In this document: positions 1 through 7,924 of the stretch, piece after piece
How the letters are laid out: each line of letters opens with the position of its first letter
Position numbering within the stretch: position 1 is the first letter of the stretch
DNA from: Geobacter sulfurreducens PCA
GTDB taxonomy: Bacteria; Desulfobacterota; Desulfuromonadia; Geobacterales; Geobacteraceae
NCBI RefSeq assembly: GCF_000007985.2
Contig: NC_002939.5
Span: forward strand, 2,040,001-2,072,000
DNA: 32,000 nucleotides
Direction: 5' to 3'
Translations under genes and position numbers: made by a program
The notes under the pieces: generated by a model
The model's input: the letters and a program-made list of their open reading frames with translations, nothing else
The model's database searches: none
Told to the model about the DNA's origin: nothing

Positions 1-2
1 CT

Positions 3-452
3 GTGTCAGAGCTTTCCACGGAAGAACTGGTTCAGGAAATTCAAAAGGTTCATGCTACTCTGCAACAGCTTGAAGGTGGTGCTGCTGCACCCGAGGTTGC
101 GGCAGAGGAAGCCAAGGCCCCGGCCATGACGCTCAAGAAAGCATTCCAGGCCGACCAGGTATGCTGCATGATCTGCGGCAAGGGTGGGATGAAAACCCTT
201 ACCCGCCACTTGGCCCAAGTGCACCAGATGAAGCCGGGCGAATATCGCAAGCAGTTCAACATCCCCAGCAGCCAACCGCTTACCGCCAAAAAGTTCTCCG
301 AGGCACGCAAGCAGATGGCCAAGGACCGGGGGCTTGCCGAAAATCTCGCCAAGGCGCGCGCCGTACGCGCCGCCAAGATTCAGGAGAAGAAGGCTGCGGC
401 CGAAAAGCCGGCTAAAACCAAGGCTACTCGCGCCAAGAAAGCTACTGCCTGA
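3..452 (+). CDS. MucR/Ros-family zinc-finger transcriptional regulator with Lys/Ala-rich C-terminal tail (begins at a GTG at the window edge; may be 5' truncated)
   Basis: ORF 3..452. Cys2His2-type motif CMIC...RHLAQVH followed by KPGEYRKQFNIP, typical of MucR/Ros. An intrinsic terminator follows. Confidence 0.8.
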   Translation: MSELSTEELVQEIQKVHATLQQLEGGAAAPEVAAEEAKAPAMTLKKAFQADQVCCMICGKGGMKTLTRHLAQVHQMKPGEYRKQFNIPSSQPLTAKKFSEARKQMAKDRGLAENLAKARAVRAAKIQEKKAAAEKPAKTKATRAKKATA

Positions 453-478
453 TTACGATATCCTGCCCGTGGCACTAG

Positions 479-512
479 GAAGCCGTTCGCCCAGCGAACG
501 GCTTCTTTCTTT
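479..512 (+). terminator. Rho-independent terminator after the MucR-like gene
   Basis: GAAGCCGTTCGC (479-490) pairs with GCGAACGGCTTC (494-505), followed by TTTCTTT. Lies between convergent genes. Confidence 0.6.
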
Positions 513-536
513 CCGCGCCCGCTATGATGCACGGGG

Positions 537-1367
537 CTAAAGCGAGCCGCCGGCCGCCAGAAGCCCCTTGGTCAATGAGGCAAACTCCTGCAGGGACAGC
601 GTCTCGCCGCGCCTTCCCTCGTCGATGCCGCAGCGTGCCAGAACATCCCTGATGCCGTCCGTCGGCACACCCAGCGCCCCTCCCTTCAAACAATTCCAGA
701 GCGTCTTGCGGCGCATGGCAAAGGATGCCTTGACCACCCGCCTGAAGTAGTCCTCGTCCCCCACGTCCACCCGTGGCTGCGCCAGGGGAACAAACAAGAG
801 AACCACCGAATCCACCTTGGGCACAGGATGGAACGAGCCGGGCCTGACGAGGATCTCACGGGTCACATCAAAGTGAAGCTGGAACAGGACCGACAGGACA
901 CCGTACTCTTTGCTCCCCGGCCCCGCAGCGAGTCTGTTGCCCACCTCTTTCTGAAGCATGAGTACGAGCCGGCTGAATAGATCCCGAGCATCGAGCAGTC
1001 TGAACAGGACCGGCGTGGATATGTTATAGGGCAGGTTTGCCGCCACCTTCCAGGGAGGCGTGCCGTAGCGGCCGAGGGTTTCGCGGAGATCCAGGTCGAG
1101 GATGTCACCTTCGATGATCGTAACTGAGGGGTTTCCGGCAAAACTGCCGCGCAGGAGCGGCACCAGACGGTCGTCCAACTCAACGGCCACGAGCTGTCCG
1201 GCCTGTTCCGCCAGATATGACGTCAGAGCTCCCTTGCCGGGGCCGATCTCCAGAATCCGCTCGCCGGCACCGGCACTCACTAGGGCCGCAATGCGGGAAA
1301 GAACCGAACGGTCAGTGAGAAAATTCTGCCCGAGCGCCTTCCGGGCACGGATGCCGTCCCCTCTCAC
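537..1367 (-). CDS. rsmA: 16S rRNA (adenine1518/1519-N6)-dimethyltransferase
   Basis: 276 aa ORF. ALGQNFLTD and EIGPGKGALT SAM-methyltransferase motifs of KsgA/RsmA. 4-nt ATGA overlap with upstream tsaD. Confidence 0.9.
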   Translation of the reverse strand: MRGDGIRARKALGQNFLTDRSVLSRIAALVSAGAGERILEIGPGKGALTSYLAEQAGQLVAVELDDRLVPLLRGSFAGNPSVTIIEGDILDLDLRETLGRYGTPPWKVAANLPYNISTPVLFRLLDARDLFSRLVLMLQKEVGNRLAAGPGSKEYGVLSVLFQLHFDVTREILVRPGSFHPVPKVDSVVLLFVPLAQPRVDVGDEDYFRRVVKASFAMRRKTLWNCLKGGALGVPTDGIRDVLARCGIDEGRRGETLSLQEFASLTKGLLAAGGSL

Positions 1368-2386
1368 CCCTCCCTCCCCGACCCGAGCAGGTCAAGTGGC
1401 CAGTTCACCCGTGCGTCAAGCGCGAGACCGCCCTGCTCCCCACAGCGCAGGTAATAGTCACCCGGCACGGCGATCATGGCGGCATTGTCTCCGCATAGCG
1501 ACGGCGACGGGATCATGAGCTCCACGCCCCGCGCAGCGGCGGCATGGGCCATTTCCCGCCGCAGCGCACTGTTGCAGGCCACCCCACCTGCCACCACGAC
1601 CCGGTCAATACCTGCCGCCTCCGCGGCACGAAAGGTCTTTTCCACCAACACATGACAGACGGCCTTCTGGAACGAAGCGCAGAAGTCGGCCAGGGATTTT
1701 CCCTCGGGAAGCCCCTGCTTCTTCACCGCAGAGAGCACCGCGGTCTTGAGGCCGCTGAAGCTGAAGTTGAAGCTGCCGTCGTGGAGCAGAGGCCGCGGAA
1801 AGGCGATGGCATCCGGGTCACCGGCGGAGGCCAGGCGATCAATCTCGATGCCGCCCGGATAGGGGAGGCCCAGCAGCTTGGCCACCTTGTCGAAGGCTTC
1901 GCCAGCAGCATCGTCCAGGGTCTGGCCGAGGGTGGTGCACCGGCCGATACCGTCGACCCGGTACAGGTGGGAATGCCCCCCCGACACCACCAGGGCCAGA
2001 TAGGGATAGGCGACCTCGCGTTCAAGAAAAATAGCGGCAAGGTGCGCTTCAATGTGATTGACTCCTACCAGGGGCAGTCTCCTGGCAAAGGCGATGGATT
2101 TGGCCACGGACAGGCCGACCAGGAGAGCGCCGGCCAGTCCGGGCCCCTGGGTCACCGCAACCCCTTCCACGTGATCGAGGGTCACGTCCGCCAAGCGCAG
2201 GGCCTCGCCGATAACCGCGGGAATGGTCTCCAGGTGTTTGCGCGAGGCAATTTCGGGTACAACCCCGCCGTAGACGGCGTGATCCTTCACCTGGGAGGAA
2301 ACCACGCTTGACAGGATGGAGCGCCCGTCGCGCACCAAGGCGGCAGCGGTTTCGTCACACGATGTTTCGATGGCAAGTACGAGCAT
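1364..2386 (-). CDS. tsaD: tRNA N6-adenosine threonylcarbamoyltransferase
   Basis: 340 aa ORF. N-terminal LAIETSCDETAAAL and HIEAH metal-binding motif of the Kae1/TsaD family. Confidence 0.92.
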   Translation of the reverse strand: MLVLAIETSCDETAAALVRDGRSILSSVVSSQVKDHAVYGGVVPEIASRKHLETIPAVIGEALRLADVTLDHVEGVAVTQGPGLAGALLVGLSVAKSIAFARRLPLVGVNHIEAHLAAIFLEREVAYPYLALVVSGGHSHLYRVDGIGRCTTLGQTLDDAAGEAFDKVAKLLGLPYPGGIEIDRLASAGDPDAIAFPRPLLHDGSFNFSFSGLKTAVLSAVKKQGLPEGKSLADFCASFQKAVCHVLVEKTFRAAEAAGIDRVVVAGGVACNSALRREMAHAAAARGVELMIPSPSLCGDNAAMIAVPGDYYLRCGEQGGLALDARVNWPLDLLGSGREG

Positions 2387-2392
2387 GGAACG

Positions 2393-3715
2393 CTAGAGGA
2401 GGTTCGCCGCCAGTTCCGCCAGCTCCGACCGCTCACCCTTGGTCATGGTGACATGGCCGGCGATGGGCACCCCTTTGAAGCGCTCCACCACGTAGGTAAG
2501 ACCGTTGGAGGATGCGTCCACGTAAGGGTTGTCGATCTGGTAGGGATCGCCCGTGAGCACGATCTTGGTCCCCTCGCCGGCCCGGGTGATGATGGTCTTG
2601 ATCTCGTGGGGGGTGAGGTTCTGGGCCTCGTCCACGATCATGAACTGAAGCGGAATGGAGCGGCCGCGAATATAGGTCAGTGGCTCGATATCCATGATTC
2701 CCATGGCCATGAGCTCCTTGTACCCCTTGCTGTGCCGCTTTTCGGCCTCGTGGCCCGAGAGGAGAAGCTCCACGTTGTCGAAGATGGGCTGCATCCACGG
2801 GGTCAGTTTTTCCTCGATGTCACCCGGAAGGAAGCCCAGGTCGCGTCCCATGGGGAATACGGGACGGGAGACCAGAAGCCTGTTGTAGACGTTTTCCTCG
2901 GCGGTTTTGTGCAATCCGGCCGCTATGGCCAGAAGCGTCTTGCCGGTGCCCGCCTTGCCCACCAGCGTCACGAGCTTGATGGAGTCGTCCAGCAGGGCGT
3001 CAAAGGCAAAGGCCTGTTCCCGGTTGCGGGGATGGATGCTCCAGACCCCGTCTTTGCCGTTTTTGGCGATGGGGGTGATCCGCTTCTGGTCAGCGCGGTA
3101 TTTTCCCAGGGCAGTGTGGGAGGGGTTGGCCGCATCGCGCAGGGTGACGAACTGGTTGGGGTGCAGGTCGTAGCCGGTAAGATCGACCCACCCCTGACCG
3201 TGAAAGCGGTCCACCATCTCCGCCGACACCTCGAGTTCAGTGAAGCCGGGATAGAGTTCCTCAATATCGACCTTGTCGGACTCATAGTCTTCCGCCTTGA
3301 GGCCGAGGGCGTCGGACTTGATGCGCAGGTTGGTATCCTTGGTCACGAAGATGACCGGCGTGGCCTCATCCTGCTCCTTGACCCTGAGCGCCACGGCCAG
3401 GATCCGGTTGTCGCCCCGCTCCTCGCGCAGTTCGGGAGGAAGCACCTTCATGAATTTCTCTTCGTACATCTCTACGCGCAGGGTACCGCCGGTTTCGAGG
3501 GCAATGCCGTTGGCGAGGGAACCGGTTGCCCGCATTTCGTCAAGGTAGCGTGAAAGCTGCCGGGCGTTGCGGCCGGTCTCGTTCATGTCCTTTTTGAACC
3601 GGTCGATCTCCTCGATAACGGTTATGGGAATGATGATGTTGTTTTCCTCAAACTTGAAGATGGCCTGGGGATCGTAAAGAAGGACGTTGGTATCGAGCAC
3701 GAAGTTTTTGATCAT
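2393..3715 (-). CDS. PhoH2-type protein (N-terminal PIN domain fused to PhoH-like ATPase)
   Basis: 440 aa ORF. PIN-like N-terminus (VLDTNVLLYDP), Walker A GKAGTGKT, Walker B MIVDEAQN. Confidence 0.85.
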   Translation of the reverse strand: MIKNFVLDTNVLLYDPQAIFKFEENNIIIPITVIEEIDRFKKDMNETGRNARQLSRYLDEMRATGSLANGIALETGGTLRVEMYEEKFMKVLPPELREERGDNRILAVALRVKEQDEATPVIFVTKDTNLRIKSDALGLKAEDYESDKVDIEELYPGFTELEVSAEMVDRFHGQGWVDLTGYDLHPNQFVTLRDAANPSHTALGKYRADQKRITPIAKNGKDGVWSIHPRNREQAFAFDALLDDSIKLVTLVGKAGTGKTLLAIAAGLHKTAEENVYNRLLVSRPVFPMGRDLGFLPGDIEEKLTPWMQPIFDNVELLLSGHEAEKRHSKGYKELMAMGIMDIEPLTYIRGRSIPLQFMIVDEAQNLTPHEIKTIITRAGEGTKIVLTGDPYQIDNPYVDASSNGLTYVVERFKGVPIAGHVTMTKGERSELAELAANLL

Positions 3716-3766
3716 GTGAGTTTGCTTTCGTTGGCTAAAGTGGAATGACGCGTCCTGCCGGACGCA

Positions 3767-4084
3767 CTATTTGTCGATCACGTGCACCTGGAGCCCCGAA
3801 GAGAGGGCGAGAATCTTGATGTAGACCGGGCGTTCCCGGTATCGGGCATCGAGAATAACTTCCCCCTCGCGGTTGAGGGCGGCAAGGACACTCTCGGGGG
3901 ATTCCTTGATCTGGTAGAAACTGTAAATCCCTGTTCCGTAAAGCTCGTCCTTGGTTACGGGCCGTTCCGGGGGGAGCGAACAGCCGGCAACAGCGAGAAG
4001 CAGGACAAAAGCCGCGGCGGCGGCACGCACACCTGCGACGAACACCGGCATACCTTTACCTTTCACGGCTGCCACCTTTCTCAT
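3767..4084 (-). CDS. small lipoprotein of unknown function (alternative start at 4051)
   Basis: Signal peptide with lipobox LAVAG/C. Its ATG overlaps the stop of the upstream PLP-enzyme gene (ATGA at 4081-4084). Confidence 0.6.
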   Translation of the reverse strand: MRKVAAVKGKGMPVFVAGVRAAAAAFVLLLAVAGCSLPPERPVTKDELYGTGIYSFYQIKESPESVLAALNREGEVILDARYRERPVYIKILALSSGLQVHVIDK

Positions 4085-5223
4085 CCACCGACAATCTCGC
4101 GAAGAGCACGCAGAAAGAGCTCCACCTCGTTGTCGGTGGTAAAAAAACCGGGGCTCACCCTCACCGTCCCCGTGGGATAGGTTCCGATGGTCCTGTGGGC
4201 CGAGGGTGCACAGTGGAGGCCCACTCTGACGCTGATGTCGTGGTCGTGGTCAAGGCGGAAACCGATTGTCTGCGGATCCGTGTCCGTGGCGGAAAAGCTG
4301 ACGACGCTCCCGCGGGGTTCGTCAGCGGCCGGGCCGTGAACGGTTACCCGTCGCATGCCGGCAAGCCCTTCCAGTATCTGCCGGACCAGAGAGGTTTCCC
4401 GCTCCCTGATGGCAGAAATCCCCGTCCGCTCGATGAATGCCACCCCCGCCCCGAGGCCGGCGATGCCGGGAGTGTTGAGGGTGCCGCTCTCGTACCGCTC
4501 GGGCATGGCGGCCGGCTGTTCCTCGTCGGAAGAGTGGACGCCGGTCCCCCCCACCATGAGCGGCGTGAGCTCGACCCCATCGGCCACGTAGAGGATGCCG
4601 GTTCCCTGGGGCCCGAAGAGTCCCTTATGTCCGGGTGCCGCCAGCAGATCTATGCCGATTGCCGGTGCATCCAGGGGAATCATGCCGGCAGACTGGGCCG
4701 CATCCACCAACAGCAGGGCGCCCCGCTTTTTCACTTCAGCGCCGATCTCTTCAACGGGCTGCAGCGCACCGGTAACGTTGGAACAGTGGGAAAGGGCCAC
4801 GAGACGCGTGTTTGGCCTCATAGCTGCCGCAACGGCGTCCGGGGTAACGAATCCCCGACGGTCGGCAGCAACACTGGTCACTTCCACACCCCGCCCCGAC
4901 GCTGCATGGAGCGGCCTGACCAGAGAGTTGTGCTCCACGGTGGTGGTAACCACGTGGTCGCCGGGGGAGAGGAGTCCCGAAACCGCCAGATTGAGCGCTT
5001 CGGTGGCACTGTGGGTAAACACCACGCGGGAGGAATCGGCCACCCCCAGCAGGGTTGCCACCGCCTCACGCGTCTCGAACACTATCCGTGTCGCCTCGAT
5101 GCTCCGCCGGTACCCTCCCCTGCCGGGACCGACCCCCACGCGGCGCAGGGCGTAGTCAACGGCTTCGTAGACAGCATCGGGCTTGGGAAAGGAAGTGGCG
5201 GCATTATCCAGATATACTGACAT
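4081..5223 (-). CDS. class V aminotransferase-fold PLP enzyme, cysteine desulfurase / selenocysteine lyase-like
   Basis: 380 aa ORF. N-terminal YLDNAATSFP, PLP-lysine motif APGHKGL, C-terminal RVGLHCAPS active-site cysteine loop. Confidence 0.85.
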   Translation of the reverse strand: MSVYLDNAATSFPKPDAVYEAVDYALRRVGVGPGRGGYRRSIEATRIVFETREAVATLLGVADSSRVVFTHSATEALNLAVSGLLSPGDHVVTTTVEHNSLVRPLHAASGRGVEVTSVAADRRGFVTPDAVAAAMRPNTRLVALSHCSNVTGALQPVEEIGAEVKKRGALLLVDAAQSAGMIPLDAPAIGIDLLAAPGHKGLFGPQGTGILYVADGVELTPLMVGGTGVHSSDEEQPAAMPERYESGTLNTPGIAGLGAGVAFIERTGISAIRERETSLVRQILEGLAGMRRVTVHGPAADEPRGSVVSFSATDTDPQTIGFRLDHDHDISVRVGLHCAPSAHRTIGTYPTGTVRVSPGFFTTDNEVELFLRALREIVGG

Positions 5224-5248
5224 GAGAAAAAATTAGCACGCAGCCCGG

Positions 5249-6613
5249 TCATTTGGCAACGGAATTCGGGACAGCGGGCAGAGGGGCCGAGTCGAGTACC
5301 GGCGCCACCAGAACCATCCCCCGGACAGGGTCGTCATTGCCGTCGTACAAGCGACTGTCAAGGTTTTGAGCGGATTGTCCCGTCCCCCACCAGTTGGCCA
5401 TGGCCCGAAAATCCTCGGAGCCGGCATTATATATATCGTACGTGCCGTTGCCGCTGAAACTGTTGCCCCAGGCGATACCCCTGCCGTCCTCAACCCGCAG
5501 TCCCACATCGTTTCGCGCAATCTCGCTGCCGCTGATCTTCACGCCGGACCGGGAAAGAATGAGCCCCACCCGACGGTTGCCCGCAATGAGGCTGTGCGCC
5601 ACGCTCCCGTCGCACTCCGTGAGGACGATGCCGGATTCGCACCGTTCCACAACAGCACCCTCCAACTTCAGGCGGGTATCGAAGGCATCGATCCCTCTTC
5701 CTTTGCAGTCGGAGACGCGCGCACCGGCCAGATAAAGGGAACTCCGCCGTACCGTGAGCCCGTCGACATTACCGTTGAACCTGACGTCGCGCAGGTCGAT
5801 CTCGCTACCGTCCAGTTCCATTCCCACCTCACAGCCGCTCACCTCGCCGCCGGCAAAGGTAACCACCGACTCGGCCAGCCGTACACCGGTGCCGCACGAG
5901 CTGAAACTCGCACCGTTCATGGTCAGGGCCGAGTGGGAGGCGTCGAGCCCCATTACGGCACCCTCGACCCTGCAGTGCTCAATGATGTTTTTCTTTTCAC
6001 TGGCCAGCAGGACGATCCCATACCACTCGCCCGCCAGGGGAGTGCCGTTTGCCGGGGTGAAGCGGACCGGGGCATCGGTGCTGCCCCGTACCACGAGGCG
6101 CCCCTGCACCAGGAGCCCAGGCGCAGCTGTAATCCCCGGGGCGGTGCGCCTGAACCGGACCACGGTGCCGGACTCCAGGGTCAGGGTAGTCTGGGGGGCG
6201 ATCCGGACCCAACCTTCAATCAGGACTTCGCCACGCCAGGTAGTGTCTTCGGTGATCAAAAGGTTGCGCAGGACCGTCGCCACGGCCGGCGCAGCCGGTG
6301 CAAGGCGATCGAGTCCCGGCAGGGTTCGCCGGGGGGTGTCGATGCCGGAACCAGCGGCCGGCACGGGCAGAACCTGCTCGGGAGGAGGCGAGACGTTACC
6401 CTGGTCCACGGGACGTTCCGTCGCGACCGCCGGAGGCGCGGCGGCGGACGTGTCGGCAGGTGCGGTTGGCGGCGTCTCAACGGGCGACGGCTGAACATGC
6501 CACGTTCCCATGAGCTCGGTCAAAGTGGCGCAGCCGGTCAAGAGCCCGAAGCCCGTGACGGCCAGACAACAGGCCATTATCCGGATGAAGCGCCGTGCCT
6601 GATTCATTGTCAT
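5249..6613 (-). CDS. lipoprotein with Pro/Ala-rich linker and right-handed parallel beta-helix (NosD-like) repeats
   Basis: 454 aa ORF. Lipobox LLTG/C, roughly 90 aa low-complexity P/A-rich linker, then repeated short beta-helix turns and NWWG near the C-terminus. ATGA overlap with the upstream GGDEF gene. Confidence 0.75.
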   Translation of the reverse strand: MTMNQARRFIRIMACCLAVTGFGLLTGCATLTELMGTWHVQPSPVETPPTAPADTSAAAPPAVATERPVDQGNVSPPPEQVLPVPAAGSGIDTPRRTLPGLDRLAPAAPAVATVLRNLLITEDTTWRGEVLIEGWVRIAPQTTLTLESGTVVRFRRTAPGITAAPGLLVQGRLVVRGSTDAPVRFTPANGTPLAGEWYGIVLLASEKKNIIEHCRVEGAVMGLDASHSALTMNGASFSSCGTGVRLAESVVTFAGGEVSGCEVGMELDGSEIDLRDVRFNGNVDGLTVRRSSLYLAGARVSDCKGRGIDAFDTRLKLEGAVVERCESGIVLTECDGSVAHSLIAGNRRVGLILSRSGVKISGSEIARNDVGLRVEDGRGIAWGNSFSGNGTYDIYNAGSEDFRAMANWWGTGQSAQNLDSRLYDGNDDPVRGMVLVAPVLDSAPLPAVPNSVAK

Positions 6614-7668
6614 GGCTCATCCTCTCTTCTGCTGTACACGCGGTTCTTGCCGAACTCCTTTGCCCGGTAGAGGAGATCGTCGACCCGCTTGAGCATATCC
6701 CCACGGCTTTCCCCGTCGCGGGGAAACGAGGCAACGCCGACGCTGACCGTAACGCCCTGTGGAGCTAGCCCCTTGAGCACGTCGAGGCTTCGTCGCTCCA
6801 CCAGTTCGCGCAGCCGCTCCGCAACCTGGAGGGCACTGTCGAATTCCGTTTCGGGCAGCAGGACAATGAACTCCTCCCCTCCGTACCGGAAGGCGAAATC
6901 CGAGCTCCGCAGGGCCTCGCCGAGGAAGTCGCCCATGGCTGCCAGCACCTTATCTCCGTGGGGATGGCCGTAGGTGTCGTTGAACCTCTTAAAGTCGTCC
7001 ACATCGAGCATGATGATAGCAAGAGGCTTTTCATAGCGCTTGGCCCGGTTCAGCTCACGACTAAAAATCTGCTGGAAATATCTATGGTTATACAATCCCG
7101 TAAGGGAATCGGTGATGGCCATCAGTCGCGTCCGCGCGTGGAGCTGGGCGTTGTCGATGGCCATCGCCGCGAAGGATGCGAGTACTGACAGGAGTTTCAT
7201 CCGTTCCTTGTCGAAGTCCCGGGGGACGAAATCGTCCAGGTAGAGGATGCCGACAATGCGGTTCTGCATCATGAGAGGAACGCAGATGAGGGAACGGATC
7301 CCCTCGTTGAGGGCGGTGGGATTGTGGAAGAAGCTCGTGTCGGCCGTGTCGTTGACAAAGAGAATCTCGCCACGGGTCAGCACCTGCTCCGTGAGTCCGC
7401 CGGGCTGAACGCTCCAGCGCTCGGTTTTGACGAACTCCGGGGTCAAGCCTTCGTGGGCATGGAGGGTAAGATCGTTGCGGTACCCGTCGTAGAGGGCGAT
7501 GCTGCCGGCCGGTGTTTCGGCGAAGCGCATGGCGCTCGTCAGGATGTGCCTGAGCACCGTATCGAGGTCAAGGGTGGAGACCACGGCACCGGCCACCTCG
7601 ATCAGGTCCTTCAGCGCGACCACCTCGGCTTCGAGCATTTCCCGCGTGCGCTCGGGGCTGAGTTCCAT
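6610..7668 (-). CDS. GAF-domain diguanylate cyclase (GGDEF)
   Basis: GGEEF at 6868-6882, RSSD I-site five residues upstream, NDTYGHPHGD substrate loop, GAF-like N-terminal half. Start moved to MELSPERT (AGGAGG upstream); the ORF track extends to 7746. Confidence 0.85.
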   Translation of the reverse strand: MELSPERTREMLEAEVVALKDLIEVAGAVVSTLDLDTVLRHILTSAMRFAETPAGSIALYDGYRNDLTLHAHEGLTPEFVKTERWSVQPGGLTEQVLTRGEILFVNDTADTSFFHNPTALNEGIRSLICVPLMMQNRIVGILYLDDFVPRDFDKERMKLLSVLASFAAMAIDNAQLHARTRLMAITDSLTGLYNHRYFQQIFSRELNRAKRYEKPLAIIMLDVDDFKRFNDTYGHPHGDKVLAAMGDFLGEALRSSDFAFRYGGEEFIVLLPETEFDSALQVAERLRELVERRSLDVLKGLAPQGVTVSVGVASFPRDGESRGDMLKRVDDLLYRAKEFGKNRVYSRREDEP

Positions 7669-7826
7669 AATGATCCGTTTCCTCCTAAAATAGTCTTTAT
7701 TAGCACAGCAAGCCGGCAAAGTAAATTGGACAGTCCGCCAGGGCATACGAAACAGGACTCGCGCACCGGCCTCGACAGAGCATTGCCCCGTCGATTCAAC
7801 CTGTTATGAGTTTCAATTTTTACCGC

Positions 7827-7856
7827 TTGACACACCATATATATTGTGGCTATCTT
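7827..7856 (+). promoter_or_regulatory. candidate sigma70 promoter of nrdJ
   Basis: TTGACA at 7827-7832, 17-18 nt spacer, TATCTT at 7851-7856. About 70 nt upstream of the nrdJ ATG. Confidence 0.45.
7832..7847. promoter_or_regulatory. NrdR-box-like operator 1
   Basis: ACACCATATATATTGT matches the published 16-bp NrdR-box consensus acaCwAtATaTwGtgt at about 14/16 positions. It fills the -35/-10 spacer. Confidence 0.55.
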
Positions 7857-7865
7857 TTCACCGCA

Positions 7866-7881
7866 ACACAACATATATGGT
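7866..7881. promoter_or_regulatory. NrdR-box-like operator 2
   Basis: ACACAACATATATGGT matches the NrdR-box consensus at about 13/16 positions. It lies about 34 bp downstream of box 1 in the nrdJ leader. Confidence 0.45.
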
Positions 7882-7924
7882 TCCCACCAACAATACATCC
7901 CCACGAACCAAGGAGAATGAAATC

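Noticed and set aside
6250-6500. Repetitive-looking GC-rich stretch (possible tandem repeat or mobile remnant).
   Set aside because: It is the Pro/Ala-rich low-complexity linker of the beta-helix lipoprotein. It is in frame, with no exact tandem unit.
6952-6981. Checked whether the GGDEF enzyme is a Hypr (cGAMP-making) variant, as known from Geobacter.
   Set aside because: The substrate loop reads NDTYGHPHGD and keeps the Asp equivalent to PleD D344. Hypr enzymes have Ser/Thr at that position, so a canonical c-di-GMP cyclase is expected.
7669-7924. Looked for a cobalamin riboswitch or GEMM-type riboswitch in the 256-bp GGDEF/nrdJ divergent region.
   Set aside because: No B12-box-like motif and no GGCAAACC/GACGCAAAGCC-type GEMM motifs. 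The region is explained by promoters and NrdR-like boxes.
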